From a virus (lineage: Duplodnaviria > Caudoviricetes): a DNA stretch of 57,918 nt. The stretch's first letter is position 1. Each line of letters opens with the position of its first letter. This document shows positions 8,301 through 16,975 of the stretch, in pieces. The stretch is from positions 1 to 57,918 of the IMG/VR virus record IMGVR_UViG_3300026907_000064. One strand, given 5' to 3'. The position numbers and the translations under genes are program-made. A model generated the notes under the pieces. That model had not been told where the DNA came from. It worked only from the letters and a program-made list of their open reading frames with translations, and ran no database searches.

Positions 8301-11300
8301 GCGGAAGGATTGTTCGACATCGCCATAGAGGGCTCGCAGTTCAGAAAGGGTTTCGGGGGACAGCCGCAATGTAGCGCTGTAGCGCTTGCCAGTCAACGCG
8401 AACGACCCGACAACCCGGCCCCCGTTTTGCTGGATGTGCGAGGCCAGCGCCGCCAGCGTGCCGCCTTGCGTCAGCGTGTCGTCCACCAGGAAATAGGCCT
8501 TGCCCGGCTGTACGGCGCCGTCGAACTCGGGCTGCTGAAAGATGCGGCCCAGGCCATCGAGCGTGGTGCGCTTGGCCTTCACCGACTGGTAGATACCGGC
8601 ATCCACGGGCAGGCCAAGCCGCTGACCCAGCGCCGTCGCCGCTACCGCCGGGATCTTGTTGTGGCCGGTGGCTTCAACGGCCAGCACGGGGACAATTGCC
8701 GGACGCTCGCCGCGGATCGCCTCCCGCACCTGCGCCACGGCCTCATCCGAAAGAACATCCTGAATCAAGCGCACGGCGGCCGCCGTGTCGCCCGCCTTTG
8801 CGGCGGCGTGGTCCGGGTGTTTACCGGCCGCGCCCAGCCGCTGCCCTATCACCACCGGAGGCAGCTCGACGGGTTCCTGGCCGCGGCGCGATTCAGCAGC
8901 GAGCGATGCCGCGGCCTCCTGCATGCCAGCGCTCACGCGCGCGGCGGGCGCACGCTGCAGGAACCGGCCGGCATCGATCACCATCTGCTTGATGTCGGTG
9001 TTGTTGAGCTGGAGGTTCAGACCGAGTCGGCGCAGCGCGGCTCGGATTTTTCCGTACAGGCGTTCCAGGAACAGCGGGCGCTTCCCCTGTTCCGCCATCC
9101 GCGCCAGCACTTCGCGCGCGCGGTTCTCGGCCGAATAGTCCGGATAGCGCGCGGTCACTGCCTCGAAGGTGGCGTAATGCTGATGCTCCGGGCCGGCGTC
9201 GCGCGGGATCTGCGCCCCATCCGGCGCCCTGGCCAGGCGGCGCACGTCGGCCAGCACGTCGCGGAATCGGTCGCCCAGCACGGCCTCCACGCCAAAGTGG
9301 CCCACAACCTCATGCGCCAGCACCTGCTGCAGGCGCTCCGCCGTCGGCAGGTTCTCGGCCACCAGGTAGATGCGGCCCCCGTCGCCCGCCGGATAGTACG
9401 CGCCCTCGGCCAGCGGCGACGGCTTCGCCCCTTCGGGGATCTGGTCGACGGTTTCGACGACAGACACGCGCAGGCCCGCCGCGCCCGGCAGCTTGCTCAT
9501 GAACTCCTCGGCCTGCCGCCGCGCCGCAGCGACATCCACGCCGGGCATGCGGCTGCCGCGGCTCTCCAGGGCAATCCGGCCGCCCTCGCGCGGCACCTGC
9601 TCGACCGTCTGGAAAAATCGATCGAAGGCGGCGCGAACCGGCGCAATCTCGGCGGCGGTCGGGTACGGATAGGACTGCTCGTCCCGGAACGCCTTTTCCG
9701 TGACGACGTTGGCCAGGTAGTCGTTGGCTGCGCCCTGGTCGGCCAGCTTGGCGATCACGTAGCTTTCAAACGCCCGTGCGGACATTTCCCGGCCCGTCGT
9801 CCAGTAGTCTTTCGTCCGGCGGGCATCCAGCTTGCTGGCGCGCTCGCGCATGCCGATCAGGCCGATCGTCTGTTTCAGGGCGCCGAAGGCCTCGGCCATG
9901 GCTGGCCGGATCCCTGTGGCTTCCCGCCCCGACTCGGACGCATAGGCGATCGGCGCACCGCCGCGCCGCGAAAAGTAGTTGTCCAGGCCGTGCCACCATT
10001 CATGAGCGAGCGAGCCCGCGCCTCGCGTCTTGGTCAGGTTGATCACGACCTGGACGGGCTCATAGTGCGCCAGCGCGGCGTTCTTGCCGCCGCTGCCGCG
10101 CGCACCGAAGGCCAGGCCCAACTCGCCGTTGAGCGATAGCGCGCGCGGCGGCACGCCAATGACGCCGGCCAGATCCATCAGGGCGTCATAGGCTTCATTC
10201 AGGTCCGCCTGCCGGCGGCTGCCCTCGACGTAGTTGCCGAACTGCACACCACGAAAGCCGAAGGAGTCGGCAAACTGCTCGGCCGACACGTCGCCGCCGT
10301 CTCGATGGTCGACGCCGACGCGCGGCGAATTCGTCTCGCGGCGGTGGGCGGGCGTCTCTTTGATCCTCTCCAACTGCTGGGCCAGGGCGTCCTTGTTCTC
10401 GGCCAGGAAAGCGCGGGCGGCCTTTACATCGTCGAAGCGCTGCAGGTCGACATGCACGCGCCCCACCTTCTTGCCGATGTAGAAGCCCGGCATGCGCGGC
10501 CGTGAGTAGATGTCGAATCGGACTTCGCGCCCCGGCGCGGCGGTCCCGTCTTCCTCCGCCCAGGCACGCTCGAATGCCTCGATCGCTGCCGCGGGCGTGG
10601 TGCCATGCCCCATGATGTCGGGCCAGTTACCAAAACCCGACGCGGCCTTGCGCTCCACGGTCCAGATGGTGCGCGGGCTATCGAACGTCTCGCCGTTGAA
10701 CACGCTATAGCTGCCGGAGCGCAGCGACACGCCGCGCAACGAGCGCTCATGCCCCACAGCCTCATACAGCTGCGCGCGGCCGTATACCTTGCGCAGTTCG
10801 GGTGATTTTTCCAGACCCGCGCGCACGTCGGCCGCCTTGAGCGTGCCGTCCAGCATCGAATTGGAGAAGTCACGCAGGGTCTGGACCTGGTCGGCCCAGC
10901 CCTTCACCTTCCAGCTGCTGCGCGGCTTGGCCGGGATCTCGTCGCGGCTGGCGTGGGCCACCGCCACCAGGAACGCATCCGCGCCGTCCTCGATGAGCTT
11001 GGCATAGTTGGGTTCTGGCCAAGTTTCGGACAGCGAGTGCTTGGCGACCGGCAGGGTTTCTGCCAGGCGCATGCGCTCGGTGTACTGCTCGGCGTAGTGT
11101 TTCCGTGCCCCGTGCAGAGTCTCGCCGAAATCTTCAATGCGCCCGGCGGACGGTGCGGCCGGCTCCGCAGCCGTGGGCGCTGCATCGGCCTCTGCAACTG
11201 CGGCCGGCGCCAACTCCATCTGGCCGCGCGCCGCGCCCTGATCGGCGGCTCGATCGCTGCCCGTCAGTACGAAATCATCGCGCGCCGCATCGGCGGCGGC

Positions 11301-14300
11301 GCGCTGGTCGGCCTCTCGGGCCTGAGTGGCGGCGCCCTGCTCCGCGACAGCCGCCGCCTCGGCTGCATTACGCAGCCCGTCGGCCGTCGGGTTCTCAAGC
11401 GTCAGCGCTTGCGGGCCGCCCGCGCGATCACCTCCTGCGCCTGGCCCATCGCCTCGCGCTCCCGGTTGGCCTGCACCGCGCGAAGGATTGCCAGAGTCCC
11501 GTCGGCCATACGCCGCTGCTTGGGACTTAATGTCGGCCTCGTAGAGTTCGGCGTCGCCGTCGGCTCGGATTGAGGCGCGCTCGATGATGGCTTCTTGGGT
11601 TGGGACATCCGTAATTCCTTGTTCGCTCAGGTAGACGGCCGCGTCGAACTGCGCGGCCAGCTCCAGCGCTGTCGTACCGGTGGGCATGGCGTCGATGACG
11701 CCAAAAAGGTCCTCGGCCAGCTTCTGCTTGTCTTTCGTATCGCTGAACCGCTCGGCTTGGCGCTCAGCATACGCGCGGCGGGCAGCCTCGTCCATCTGGT
11801 CCAGGCTGTATACCGCCTCGCCCTCCATAGCCTCGCGGACTCGATCCATCGCGGTGTTGGAAAGGTCGACCGTGTCGCCGTCCATGGGCAGGTACCCGGC
11901 TTGCTGCATCGCCTCGACCAGCATATCGGCGTCCATCCCGCCCTTGCGGAACAGGCCGGGCGCGCGGCGGTTGGCCAGGTGCGCGCGATCGCCGTAGATA
12001 TCGGCCGCCAGCTCCGGCCGAATGCCTCCAGCCTTTCGCACCATCTGCAGGAAATCACGGCGCGCGGTCTGGCCGAACTCGGCCGCGGACGGCTGGGCCT
12101 CGACACGGGGGGGTTGACCAGTTCGCGGGCGGGCGACGAATCCACCGTCCACCGGCACGGCGTCGGCATTGCCATGCGCCGTCGCCGCGCGCTGCGCGGC
12201 CCCGCGCGTCAGGAACGGCCGGCCGCCCTTGGCGGTCACGTCCGGCTCTGACACCAGGGTGCCAAGCCCAGACTCGGCCGCCGGCAGCGTGGTGTCACCG
12301 TCCGCCAGCCAGCGTTTGAACGTGGGCACGTCCATCTGGGTAACCTTGCCCATGCCGCGCCAGTCCGGCGTGTAGCTGTCGCGATAGGCGCGCTCGGCTT
12401 CCTCTCGCGTGTCGTAGCCCAGCATCACCTTGGATTCATCAAAGCCGCGGTGCGCGGGGTCCACCTGGTCGATGACGAACACCGGCCCGCTGAAATCCGG
12501 CGCAGTGCCTGGACGGACGAACACGTCGACCTGATCGCCATCGGCGCCTTCGGTGCGGCGGATGTAGCCATAGTGCCCCGCCATGCGGTTTGCCCACTGG
12601 GTTCCGTCCGGCGACGTGCCGCGGCGCTCCGAGCCCTCCGGATTCTCGATCGACAGTTCCAGGCCGGCCACGCGCGTGCGCCCGACCTTGTAGTTGCCGG
12701 CCGCCTTCTGCGCTTCCGAGGGCTCCGGCAGGTTGTTGCTGGGCGAGGTGGCTGCTTCGTGTGCGGCGGTGTCGGTCGCCGCGCCAGGATGGCGCGCGCC
12801 CGCGGCGGCGACGTCTGGCGTCATGCCCATGGCTGCCTGGCGCGCCAGCTCGGCATCGCGCTGACCTGACGTAGCCGCCACGCCCTGCCCGTCCACCTGG
12901 TAGACCGGCGCAGGCAAAGCCGCACGGGCCGGCGTGCCCTTGAGCGCGGCATCGATCCCCTCCTGCATCTGCGCCGTGGTGTACGGCTGCATGCCGTTCT
13001 CGTGCTGGATGATGGCAGCGGTCAGCCGGGCCAGAACGGTCGGGTTGCTCAGGTCCAGCCTGTCGTCGGGCTGCACCCCCACCGCACGGCTCACCTGCTG
13101 CACGTAGGCGCCCGTCTCGTTTTCCGAGTCCGGCGCCCAGCGGCCGATGATCCCCTGCACGGTATCCAGGCCATGCCGGCGCTGGTAGGTCAAGAGATTG
13201 ACGGCCAGACCACGGATGCCGTCCTCCGGCGCCTTGAAGGTGGCAAAGCGCGGATCGTTGCCCTCGACCTCGCCATCGAACCCGACGCCCTTCTCGATGT
13301 TGCCGGGGTTGTTGTTTCGGATCCCACGCGGCGCGTTTGCCGGCATCCGCCAGGACTCGCGGGCGGTAAAGCCCTCGCCAGCGGCGTAGCCCTCAGGCGC
13401 CGGCAAGGCCTGCCGCTCGATGGGCGCGTCCAGCACAGGAAAGGCCTGCGGCCCCTCAAGCGCGGCCGGCCCATCCATCGCCTCGCGCAGAGCGTTGCCA
13501 GGCAGCGGGTCGGCGGCCAACTCCGACAGACGCACAAAGCGCCCGCGGCCATCCGCCGTACGGATCCGCGCCAACGGCTCCCCGCCGGGCCGGGCAGTCG
13601 CGGCGTTTCGCTCCACCCCCAGGAACTCGACAGGCAGCTCGCGGCCATTCTGGCGCAGGTATACCTGCTGCCCGCGCGTGAAGGAATCGGACGCCGAGGT
13701 TTGCTCCTGCTCCGCTTCCGAAGACTGGCCCGCCGGGCGTTGCGCCTTGGCCAGCTCGTCCGCAGGGACATACGAATCCTGGCCGTTCACCCGCACCTTG
13801 GCATAGCGTCGCCCATCTGCGCCCGCCTCCTGCTCCAGGAGGACGAATTCAACTGGCACATCATGGTCCGCGTTCTTCCACAGAACCTGTTCACCGGGCT
13901 CATAGGTCGGCGCCGCCGGCTCCTGCTCCGATGGGGTAGCGGCCTGGGCAGAGTCCGCCATATCCCGCCCAGGCCGAACGATGAAGCCATTTTCGTGGCG
14001 CATGACCTGCGCGCCCTCACCCAGCTCTGCGGCGCGCTGGCGCGCGGCGCTGGCCGTCACGAACGGCTTGCCGCTGGCGTGCATCACGTCACCGGCTTCC
14101 AAGCTGGGGGCCGTCGGCGTACCCCGGCTGCGTACACCATCTGCCGCGCCGTGCACGGCGCCCGGCCCCATGCCCGCGACGAAGCCGAGCGCGGCGTTGC
14201 CAAATGATCCCGCGAGCGGGTCCAGCTCCATGCCAGCGCCGGCGTTGATGCCCTTCTGTGTGGCGACGCCCTCGCCCACTTCCTGGACGGCTTCCTCGGT

Positions 14301-15221
14301 GCCGGCCAGGCCTGCGCGCCCGAGGGTCTGCGCAACCACGCCGCGATCGCCCAAGACTCGGCCCGCCGGCGAGAGAATGCGGCCCGTCGCAGCACCACCC
14401 AACGCGGACACGGGCACTGTCCGCACAAACGCAGCTTCCTCGGCCTCTGCTCGAACACGCGCGCGGGCCTGCTCCGGCGTCGCGCCCTTCGCGACTAGGT
14501 CGCGGTAGGCGGACGAAGCCGCGGCCAGCTGTTCATCATCCATCCCGTCGATGGTTTCGCGCGCCTGCTCGATCGCGTTGCCCCCCCCCTGGGCACCACC
14601 CGCCGCGGCGCCGGCCGCCATCCGCGCACCGATACCCAACGGGCCGGCCGCGGCGGCCGCCGCGATGGGAAGCGCGCTGCTGCCCAAGGCATTCATGCCC
14701 TGCAGTAACAGGCCCGAAGCGGAGGGATCGCGGCCGAAGGTCCAGGTGTCAGGTTTGTCCAGATCGCCAGCGGGCTGCGAGTCCGCCTCGCGGCGCTTCG
14801 CTTCGTCCGTCCGAGAGTCCAGGACACGCTCACCCAGGCGATGCGTGGTATCCGCGGCCCCTTCGAACGGGTTGGTCGGCACATCCAGGCCCGCGTCAAA
14901 GGCTTGGTTGAGCGCCGTGACGCCCACGCGGCCCAGGCCTTCTGCCACCTTCCCGACGCCTCGCACGGCGCTGCCCGCTCCCTTGATGGCGCCACCGGCC
15001 AGCGTCTTGGGGAAGTCGACAAACTCTATGCCGCCAGTCTCCTGTTTAGGACGCGCGAAATCTGCGACCCGAAAGGAGAATGCCGCCGGCGCGCCCGTGG
15101 TACCGGCAGGTGCCTTGGCGTCCGAGAATTGCACGTCCAGGTCAGCTCGCACGCCGTCACGACGTGCGGCAACCTCGTCCGCGAACTCGATTCCGTCCAA
15201 CAGGTTATCAAAGTTGGCCAT
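5394..15221 (-). CDS. Giant (~3,275 aa) polyvalent virion/ejection protein
   Basis: Motifs in order: RGIRNNNPGNI (lysozyme-like, ~13330-12950); GNYKVG...SIENPEGS.R...HYGYI..T.GADGDQVDVFV (InPase-like, ~12720-12300); IEDFGE.L.GARK (LPD5-like); FRGVQFGN...GSLAHEWWH.LD (LPD1-like); LAHEVVGH (zincin); LVDDTLTQGGTL (PRTase); PKPFEIG (LPD38-like). It is the last gene of the virion cluster. Confidence 0.9.
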   Translation of the reverse strand: MANFDNLLDGIEFADEVAARRDGVRADLDVQFSDAKAPAGTTGAPAAFSFRVADFARPKQETGGIEFVDFPKTLAGGAIKGAGSAVRGVGKVAEGLGRVGVTALNQAFDAGLDVPTNPFEGAADTTHRLGERVLDSRTDEAKRREADSQPAGDLDKPDTWTFGRDPSASGLLLQGMNALGSSALPIAAAAAAGPLGIGARMAAGAAAGGAQGGGNAIEQARETIDGMDDEQLAAASSAYRDLVAKGATPEQARARVRAEAEEAAFVRTVPVSALGGAATGRILSPAGRVLGDRGVVAQTLGRAGLAGTEEAVQEVGEGVATQKGINAGAGMELDPLAGSFGNAALGFVAGMGPGAVHGAADGVRSRGTPTAPSLEAGDVMHASGKPFVTASAARQRAAELGEGAQVMRHENGFIVRPGRDMADSAQAATPSEQEPAAPTYEPGEQVLWKNADHDVPVEFVLLEQEAGADGRRYAKVRVNGQDSYVPADELAKAQRPAGQSSEAEQEQTSASDSFTRGQQVYLRQNGRELPVEFLGVERNAATARPGGEPLARIRTADGRGRFVRLSELAADPLPGNALREAMDGPAALEGPQAFPVLDAPIERQALPAPEGYAAGEGFTARESWRMPANAPRGIRNNNPGNIEKGVGFDGEVEGNDPRFATFKAPEDGIRGLAVNLLTYQRRHGLDTVQGIIGRWAPDSENETGAYVQQVSRAVGVQPDDRLDLSNPTVLARLTAAIIQHENGMQPYTTAQMQEGIDAALKGTPARAALPAPVYQVDGQGVAATSGQRDAELARQAAMGMTPDVAAAGARHPGAATDTAAHEAATSPSNNLPEPSEAQKAAGNYKVGRTRVAGLELSIENPEGSERRGTSPDGTQWANRMAGHYGYIRRTEGADGDQVDVFVRPGTAPDFSGPVFVIDQVDPAHRGFDESKVMLGYDTREEAERAYRDSYTPDWRGMGKVTQMDVPTFKRWLADGDTTLPAAESGLGTLVSEPDVTAKGGRPFLTRGAAQRAATAHGNADAVPVDGGFVARPRTGQPPRVEAQPSAAEFGQTARRDFLQMVRKAGGIRPELAADIYGDRAHLANRRAPGLFRKGGMDADMLVEAMQQAGYLPMDGDTVDLSNTAMDRVREAMEGEAVYSLDQMDEAARRAYAERQAERFSDTKDKQKLAEDLFGVIDAMPTGTTALELAAQFDAAVYLSEQGITDVPTQEAIIERASIRADGDAELYEADIKSQAAAYGRRDSGNPSRGAGQPGARGDGPGAGGDRAGGPQALTLENPTADGLRNAAEAAAVAEQGAATQAREADQRAAADAARDDFVLTGSDRAADQGAARGQMELAPAAVAEADAAPTAAEPAAPSAGRIEDFGETLHGARKHYAEQYTERMRLAETLPVAKHSLSETWPEPNYAKLIEDGADAFLVAVAHASRDEIPAKPRSSWKVKGWADQVQTLRDFSNSMLDGTLKAADVRAGLEKSPELRKVYGRAQLYEAVGHERSLRGVSLRSGSYSVFNGETFDSPRTIWTVERKAASGFGNWPDIMGHGTTPAAAIEAFERAWAEEDGTAAPGREVRFDIYSRPRMPGFYIGKKVGRVHVDLQRFDDVKAARAFLAENKDALAQQLERIKETPAHRRETNSPRVGVDHRDGGDVSAEQFADSFGFRGVQFGNYVEGSRRQADLNEAYDALMDLAGVIGVPPRALSLNGELGLAFGARGSGGKNAALAHYEPVQVVINLTKTRGAGSLAHEWWHGLDNYFSRRGGAPIAYASESGREATGIRPAMAEAFGALKQTIGLIGMRERASKLDARRTKDYWTTGREMSARAFESYVIAKLADQGAANDYLANVVTEKAFRDEQSYPYPTAAEIAPVRAAFDRFFQTVEQVPREGGRIALESRGSRMPGVDVAAARRQAEEFMSKLPGAAGLRVSVVETVDQIPEGAKPSPLAEGAYYPAGDGGRIYLVAENLPTAERLQQVLAHEVVGHFGVEAVLGDRFRDVLADVRRLARAPDGAQIPRDAGPEHQHYATFEAVTARYPDYSAENRAREVLARMAEQGKRPLFLERLYGKIRAALRRLGLNLQLNNTDIKQMVIDAGRFLQRAPAARVSAGMQEAAASLAAESRRGQEPVELPPVVIGQRLGAAGKHPDHAAAKAGDTAAAVRLIQDVLSDEAVAQVREAIRGERPAIVPVLAVEATGHNKIPAVAATALGQRLGLPVDAGIYQSVKAKRTTLDGLGRIFQQPEFDGAVQPGKAYFLVDDTLTQGGTLAALASHIQQNGGRVVGSFALTGKRYSATLRLSPETLSELRALYGDVEQSFREATGRGFDALTESEGRYLAKHDAPDAVRDRILAERHARVDEAGRRAPEEAARPLGRDANNEAPPSAGLSTSGPRESRAAGASTAGAPPAGPAAAREPKRGAKIARPGETLSDIERRQRNKFLGKIGAWAEQEPIKERMAKVSDRWQAKLVQGIFDQFAPLKGISATAYMQARLSKGADGAAEYLVRHGAVRLQDGALDTAGGAGLAEILAGLNGEHDHFMAWIAANRAQRLAAEWQVRFENGVTERFADEAAARAEAARWPGAKAEAASRERLFTPDDIAAGMRLADGRMADGRERSTVYREALRQFNELQRSVMDVAQQAGLVDPSSRALWESEFYVPFYRVMEDDATGTMGPGQIGGLVGQHAYKRLKGGTDKLGDLVANTVSNWSHLLSASMKNLAAQGALQEAEKLGIASRVRQAERGSVRAMFDGQERHYLVDDPLVMNALTSLHYVGSNDPFTKAARKFKHALTVGVTISPTFRVRNLLRDTIQAMSIDSNLSTNPLRNLVEGWRATGAESDTWRRLMAGGGAVRFGSFNDGNARNVKRLVDELGAHPDDVITSPAGMGRAMRRAFDWYQETGDRAETINRAAIYQQARNAGRSHLEASYAARDLMDFTAGGTFSAVRLLSQVVPFFNARLQGMYKLGRGAAADPARFAVVSGAVAMASALLYLGMKDDDDYKQLPDWARNSFWITKLPGTNQLVYIPKPFEIGALGSVVERGTELAFGGDDFRLGDFGRTVGAILSEQLSMNPVPQIVKPAMEAAFNYDSFRERDIDSVGQQRLPAGDRFTASTSAGAVALGRTLGLSPQRLEHLVRGYFGWLGTQALNASDYLARPLSGLPENPRRDLGRMDNWFVLGDFVKEADPRSSKYIQRFYDEQREINQVYAAYSQARELGDLERARALAGDDQLRLRSLFKTADGQLREVNTRIKALERSSLPAEEKRAQLDLLYRARGRLAMLADEHARAARR
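8088..8119 (-). terminator. Intrinsic terminator inside the giant gene, 18 nt after the nested ORF stop
   Basis: Minus strand AAGCCCCGC-CAAGT-GCGGGGCTT-TCTACTTCT, a perfect 9-bp stem. Confidence 0.7.
8138..8326 (-). CDS. Nested +1-frame small protein (62 aa; alternative starts at 8320 and 8239) overprinted on the PRTase module
   Basis: Own promoter upstream and terminator downstream. Amphipathic helix LTPSETESLLKDMRESMKLAGELLKK. SD is weak. Confidence 0.65.
   Translation of the reverse strand: MAMSNNPSAKPLAAASTRSRNQKGVISPSMTRLTPSETESLLKDMRESMKLAGELLKKPRAH
8368..8396 (-). promoter_or_regulatory. Intragenic sigma70 promoter driving the nested ORF
   Basis: Minus strand TTGACT (8396-8391), 17-nt spacer, TACATT (8373-8368). 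Confidence 0.72.
11402..11608 (-). CDS. Second nested +1-frame small protein (68 aa) within the giant gene
   Basis: AAGGA SD 7 nt before ATG. Helical C-half LSPKQRRMADGTLAILRAVQANREREAMGQAQEVIARAARKR. Possible promoter TGGACG-17-TATGCT at 11794-11766. Confidence 0.55.
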   Translation of the reverse strand: MSQPKKPSSSAPQSEPTATPNSTRPTLSPKQRRMADGTLAILRAVQANREREAMGQAQEVIARAARKR

Positions 15222-16974
15222 CTGCACCCTCTACGTTGTTGCGCCCCATCGCGGCGCGCGTGATTTCTGATCCTTCCGTGGCCCGCGCCCAACGCTCCGC
15301 GGCTGCTTGCTCCGCGGCTCTGGCCAGCTCGACGTCGCGCTCCGCCTGTTGCAGGCGTGCGGCATGGGCGGCGCGTGCCTCCTCACCTGCCTTGAGGCCC
15401 GGAGGCTTGGTCCGCAGCTGGCGCACTACCACCTCGGCTTGGCGCAGGTCGGTACGCGCGGCATCCAGCTGCGCACCTTCCGCGCTCTCCGCCGCCGGCG
15501 AAACTGCGGTCGTCGATGGGCGGGACGGCGGGGTTTGGCGAGCCGCGGCGTCCGGCGCTTTCGCGGCAGCTGCTGGCGCCGTCTGGGCCTCGTTCGTGGC
15601 GGCGCCGGTCGAGGCCGGAACGGTCTGCAGCCGCGTCCGGATCTGGTCCTGAACTTCCTTAGGCACGACTGATACGGGTAGCCGCACCAATCGGCCCTCG
15701 TGCTCGACACCGAAGCCGAACTGCCGATCCCCCAGCTTGATGGGCACGATCGAAGCCGTGCCTTCCTGGACTTGCTGCGACAGATCGGCCAGGTTGCCCG
15801 GCGTCAGCACTTCGCCGGCGGGCGTACCGGCATTCAGCCGATTGATGTTTTCACCCACGCTGATGATCCCGCTCACACGTTTGCGCTCGTCCTCGCCCAG
15901 GGCTTCCAGACTGTCCACCTTGTTGATGCGCATGACGTGATTGGCGAAATCCTTGTCGGAAGTGACCATCTTCGGCTTGCCCGCTTCGCTTCCTTGAGCG
16001 CTAGCCCGCATGCCACCCTTGCCATCAGGCATGTACAGCGTCTGATCCTTGCCCAGGATTCGGGGTTTGCTAGCCTCCTCGTCCTTGCGCAGCTGACTGG
16101 CCAGCAGCGCCTCCCGGCGCTTTTCCTCCGCCTGATACAGCAGCTTCGCCTGCTGCGCCACCATGGCCTGCTGGGCCTTCGGATCGCTGATGCTCTGCAC
16201 GAAGCTCTGCAGCATGTGTTCGGTAATGGGCTGCTGCACCCGCTTTCCCGTGGCGGTGTCTACGCCGACGAAGTCGTACAGCGGAGCGCCGCCGGCCTGC
16301 TCCGCTCGCCGATTGATAGACGTCACCTCGATGCCGCCCGGCATAAAGCGGTTCACGAAGGGCACAAAGGAGTTCGGGTCACCGGTCAACTGGTATCGGC
16401 TCTGCGCAGTCGCGAACGCCTGTTCCCTGTGCTGTCCGACGAATCGCTCGCGGTCGGTGAGCAGTTCCATCGCACGGCCTGGCTCTCCCAACTCCAGAGC
16501 CTTGCGGTAGGCCCGCGTGAGACCGTCGGCGACCTGGCCGAAGTCCCCACCGCCGAGGAAGTCACCGACGTCCGGGCTTTTTTTTTCCGCAGCGGCACCA
16601 AATCGGGAGGCACCTTGCCGCACAGCGGTGCCGTTCCCAAACTGCGCGCCGGGCGCGAAGTCGCCCAGGTTGACGGTGGTGGGGTCCGGCCCCTGGCTCA
16701 AGATGGGTATGCCCGTGGGGTTGATTGGCACCGGCTGCAAGCCGCCCACGTCACCCGACGCCGGACCGCCCGCCACAGCCTCGGGAACCTGGATCCGCTC
16801 AAGACCAGCCTGCGCCGGTCGCTGCGAGCCATCGCCTGCCAACGCGTCGGCAATCTGCTTGTCAGCCTCTCGTGCCCGCCGCTCCTCAGTAGCCCTGTTG
16901 AAGGCATTCCCGATAGCCATTCCGTTGCGCAACCCGTCGGCGAGGCCGCCCGCAAAACTTCCAATTCCAGCCAT
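15208..16974 (-). CDS. Internal virion/ejection protein (588 aa)
   Basis: N-terminal GSFAGGLADG Gly/Ala pattern, helical, located between two other ejection genes. Confidence 0.7.
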   Translation of the reverse strand: MAGIGSFAGGLADGLRNGMAIGNAFNRATEERRAREADKQIADALAGDGSQRPAQAGLERIQVPEAVAGGPASGDVGGLQPVPINPTGIPILSQGPDPTTVNLGDFAPGAQFGNGTAVRQGASRFGAAAEKKSPDVGDFLGGGDFGQVADGLTRAYRKALELGEPGRAMELLTDRERFVGQHREQAFATAQSRYQLTGDPNSFVPFVNRFMPGGIEVTSINRRAEQAGGAPLYDFVGVDTATGKRVQQPITEHMLQSFVQSISDPKAQQAMVAQQAKLLYQAEEKRREALLASQLRKDEEASKPRILGKDQTLYMPDGKGGMRASAQGSEAGKPKMVTSDKDFANHVMRINKVDSLEALGEDERKRVSGIISVGENINRLNAGTPAGEVLTPGNLADLSQQVQEGTASIVPIKLGDRQFGFGVEHEGRLVRLPVSVVPKEVQDQIRTRLQTVPASTGAATNEAQTAPAAAAKAPDAAARQTPPSRPSTTAVSPAAESAEGAQLDAARTDLRQAEVVVRQLRTKPPGLKAGEEARAAHAARLQQAERDVELARAAEQAAAERWARATEGSEITRAAMGRNNVEGADGQL

Positions 16975-16975
16975 C

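Noticed and set aside
5964-14207. Long plus-strand ORFs opposite the giant gene (e.g. 5964-8141, 8310-10139, 13002-14207)
   Set aside because: Antisense shadows expected from GC-rich codon bias, with no RBS, motifs or dedicated promoter/terminator, unlike the two nested same-strand ORFs.
14581-14589. G9 run (minus strand) in the giant gene as a phase-variation tract
   Set aside because: It encodes Gly-Gly-Gly in a Gly-rich segment of a probably essential gene, and a single sequence gives no evidence of variation.
16578-16586. A9 run (minus strand) as a programmed frameshift site in the ejection gene
   Set aside because: The alternative-frame ORF in the track (16386-16640) is short and not protein-like, and I saw no clear stimulatory structure.
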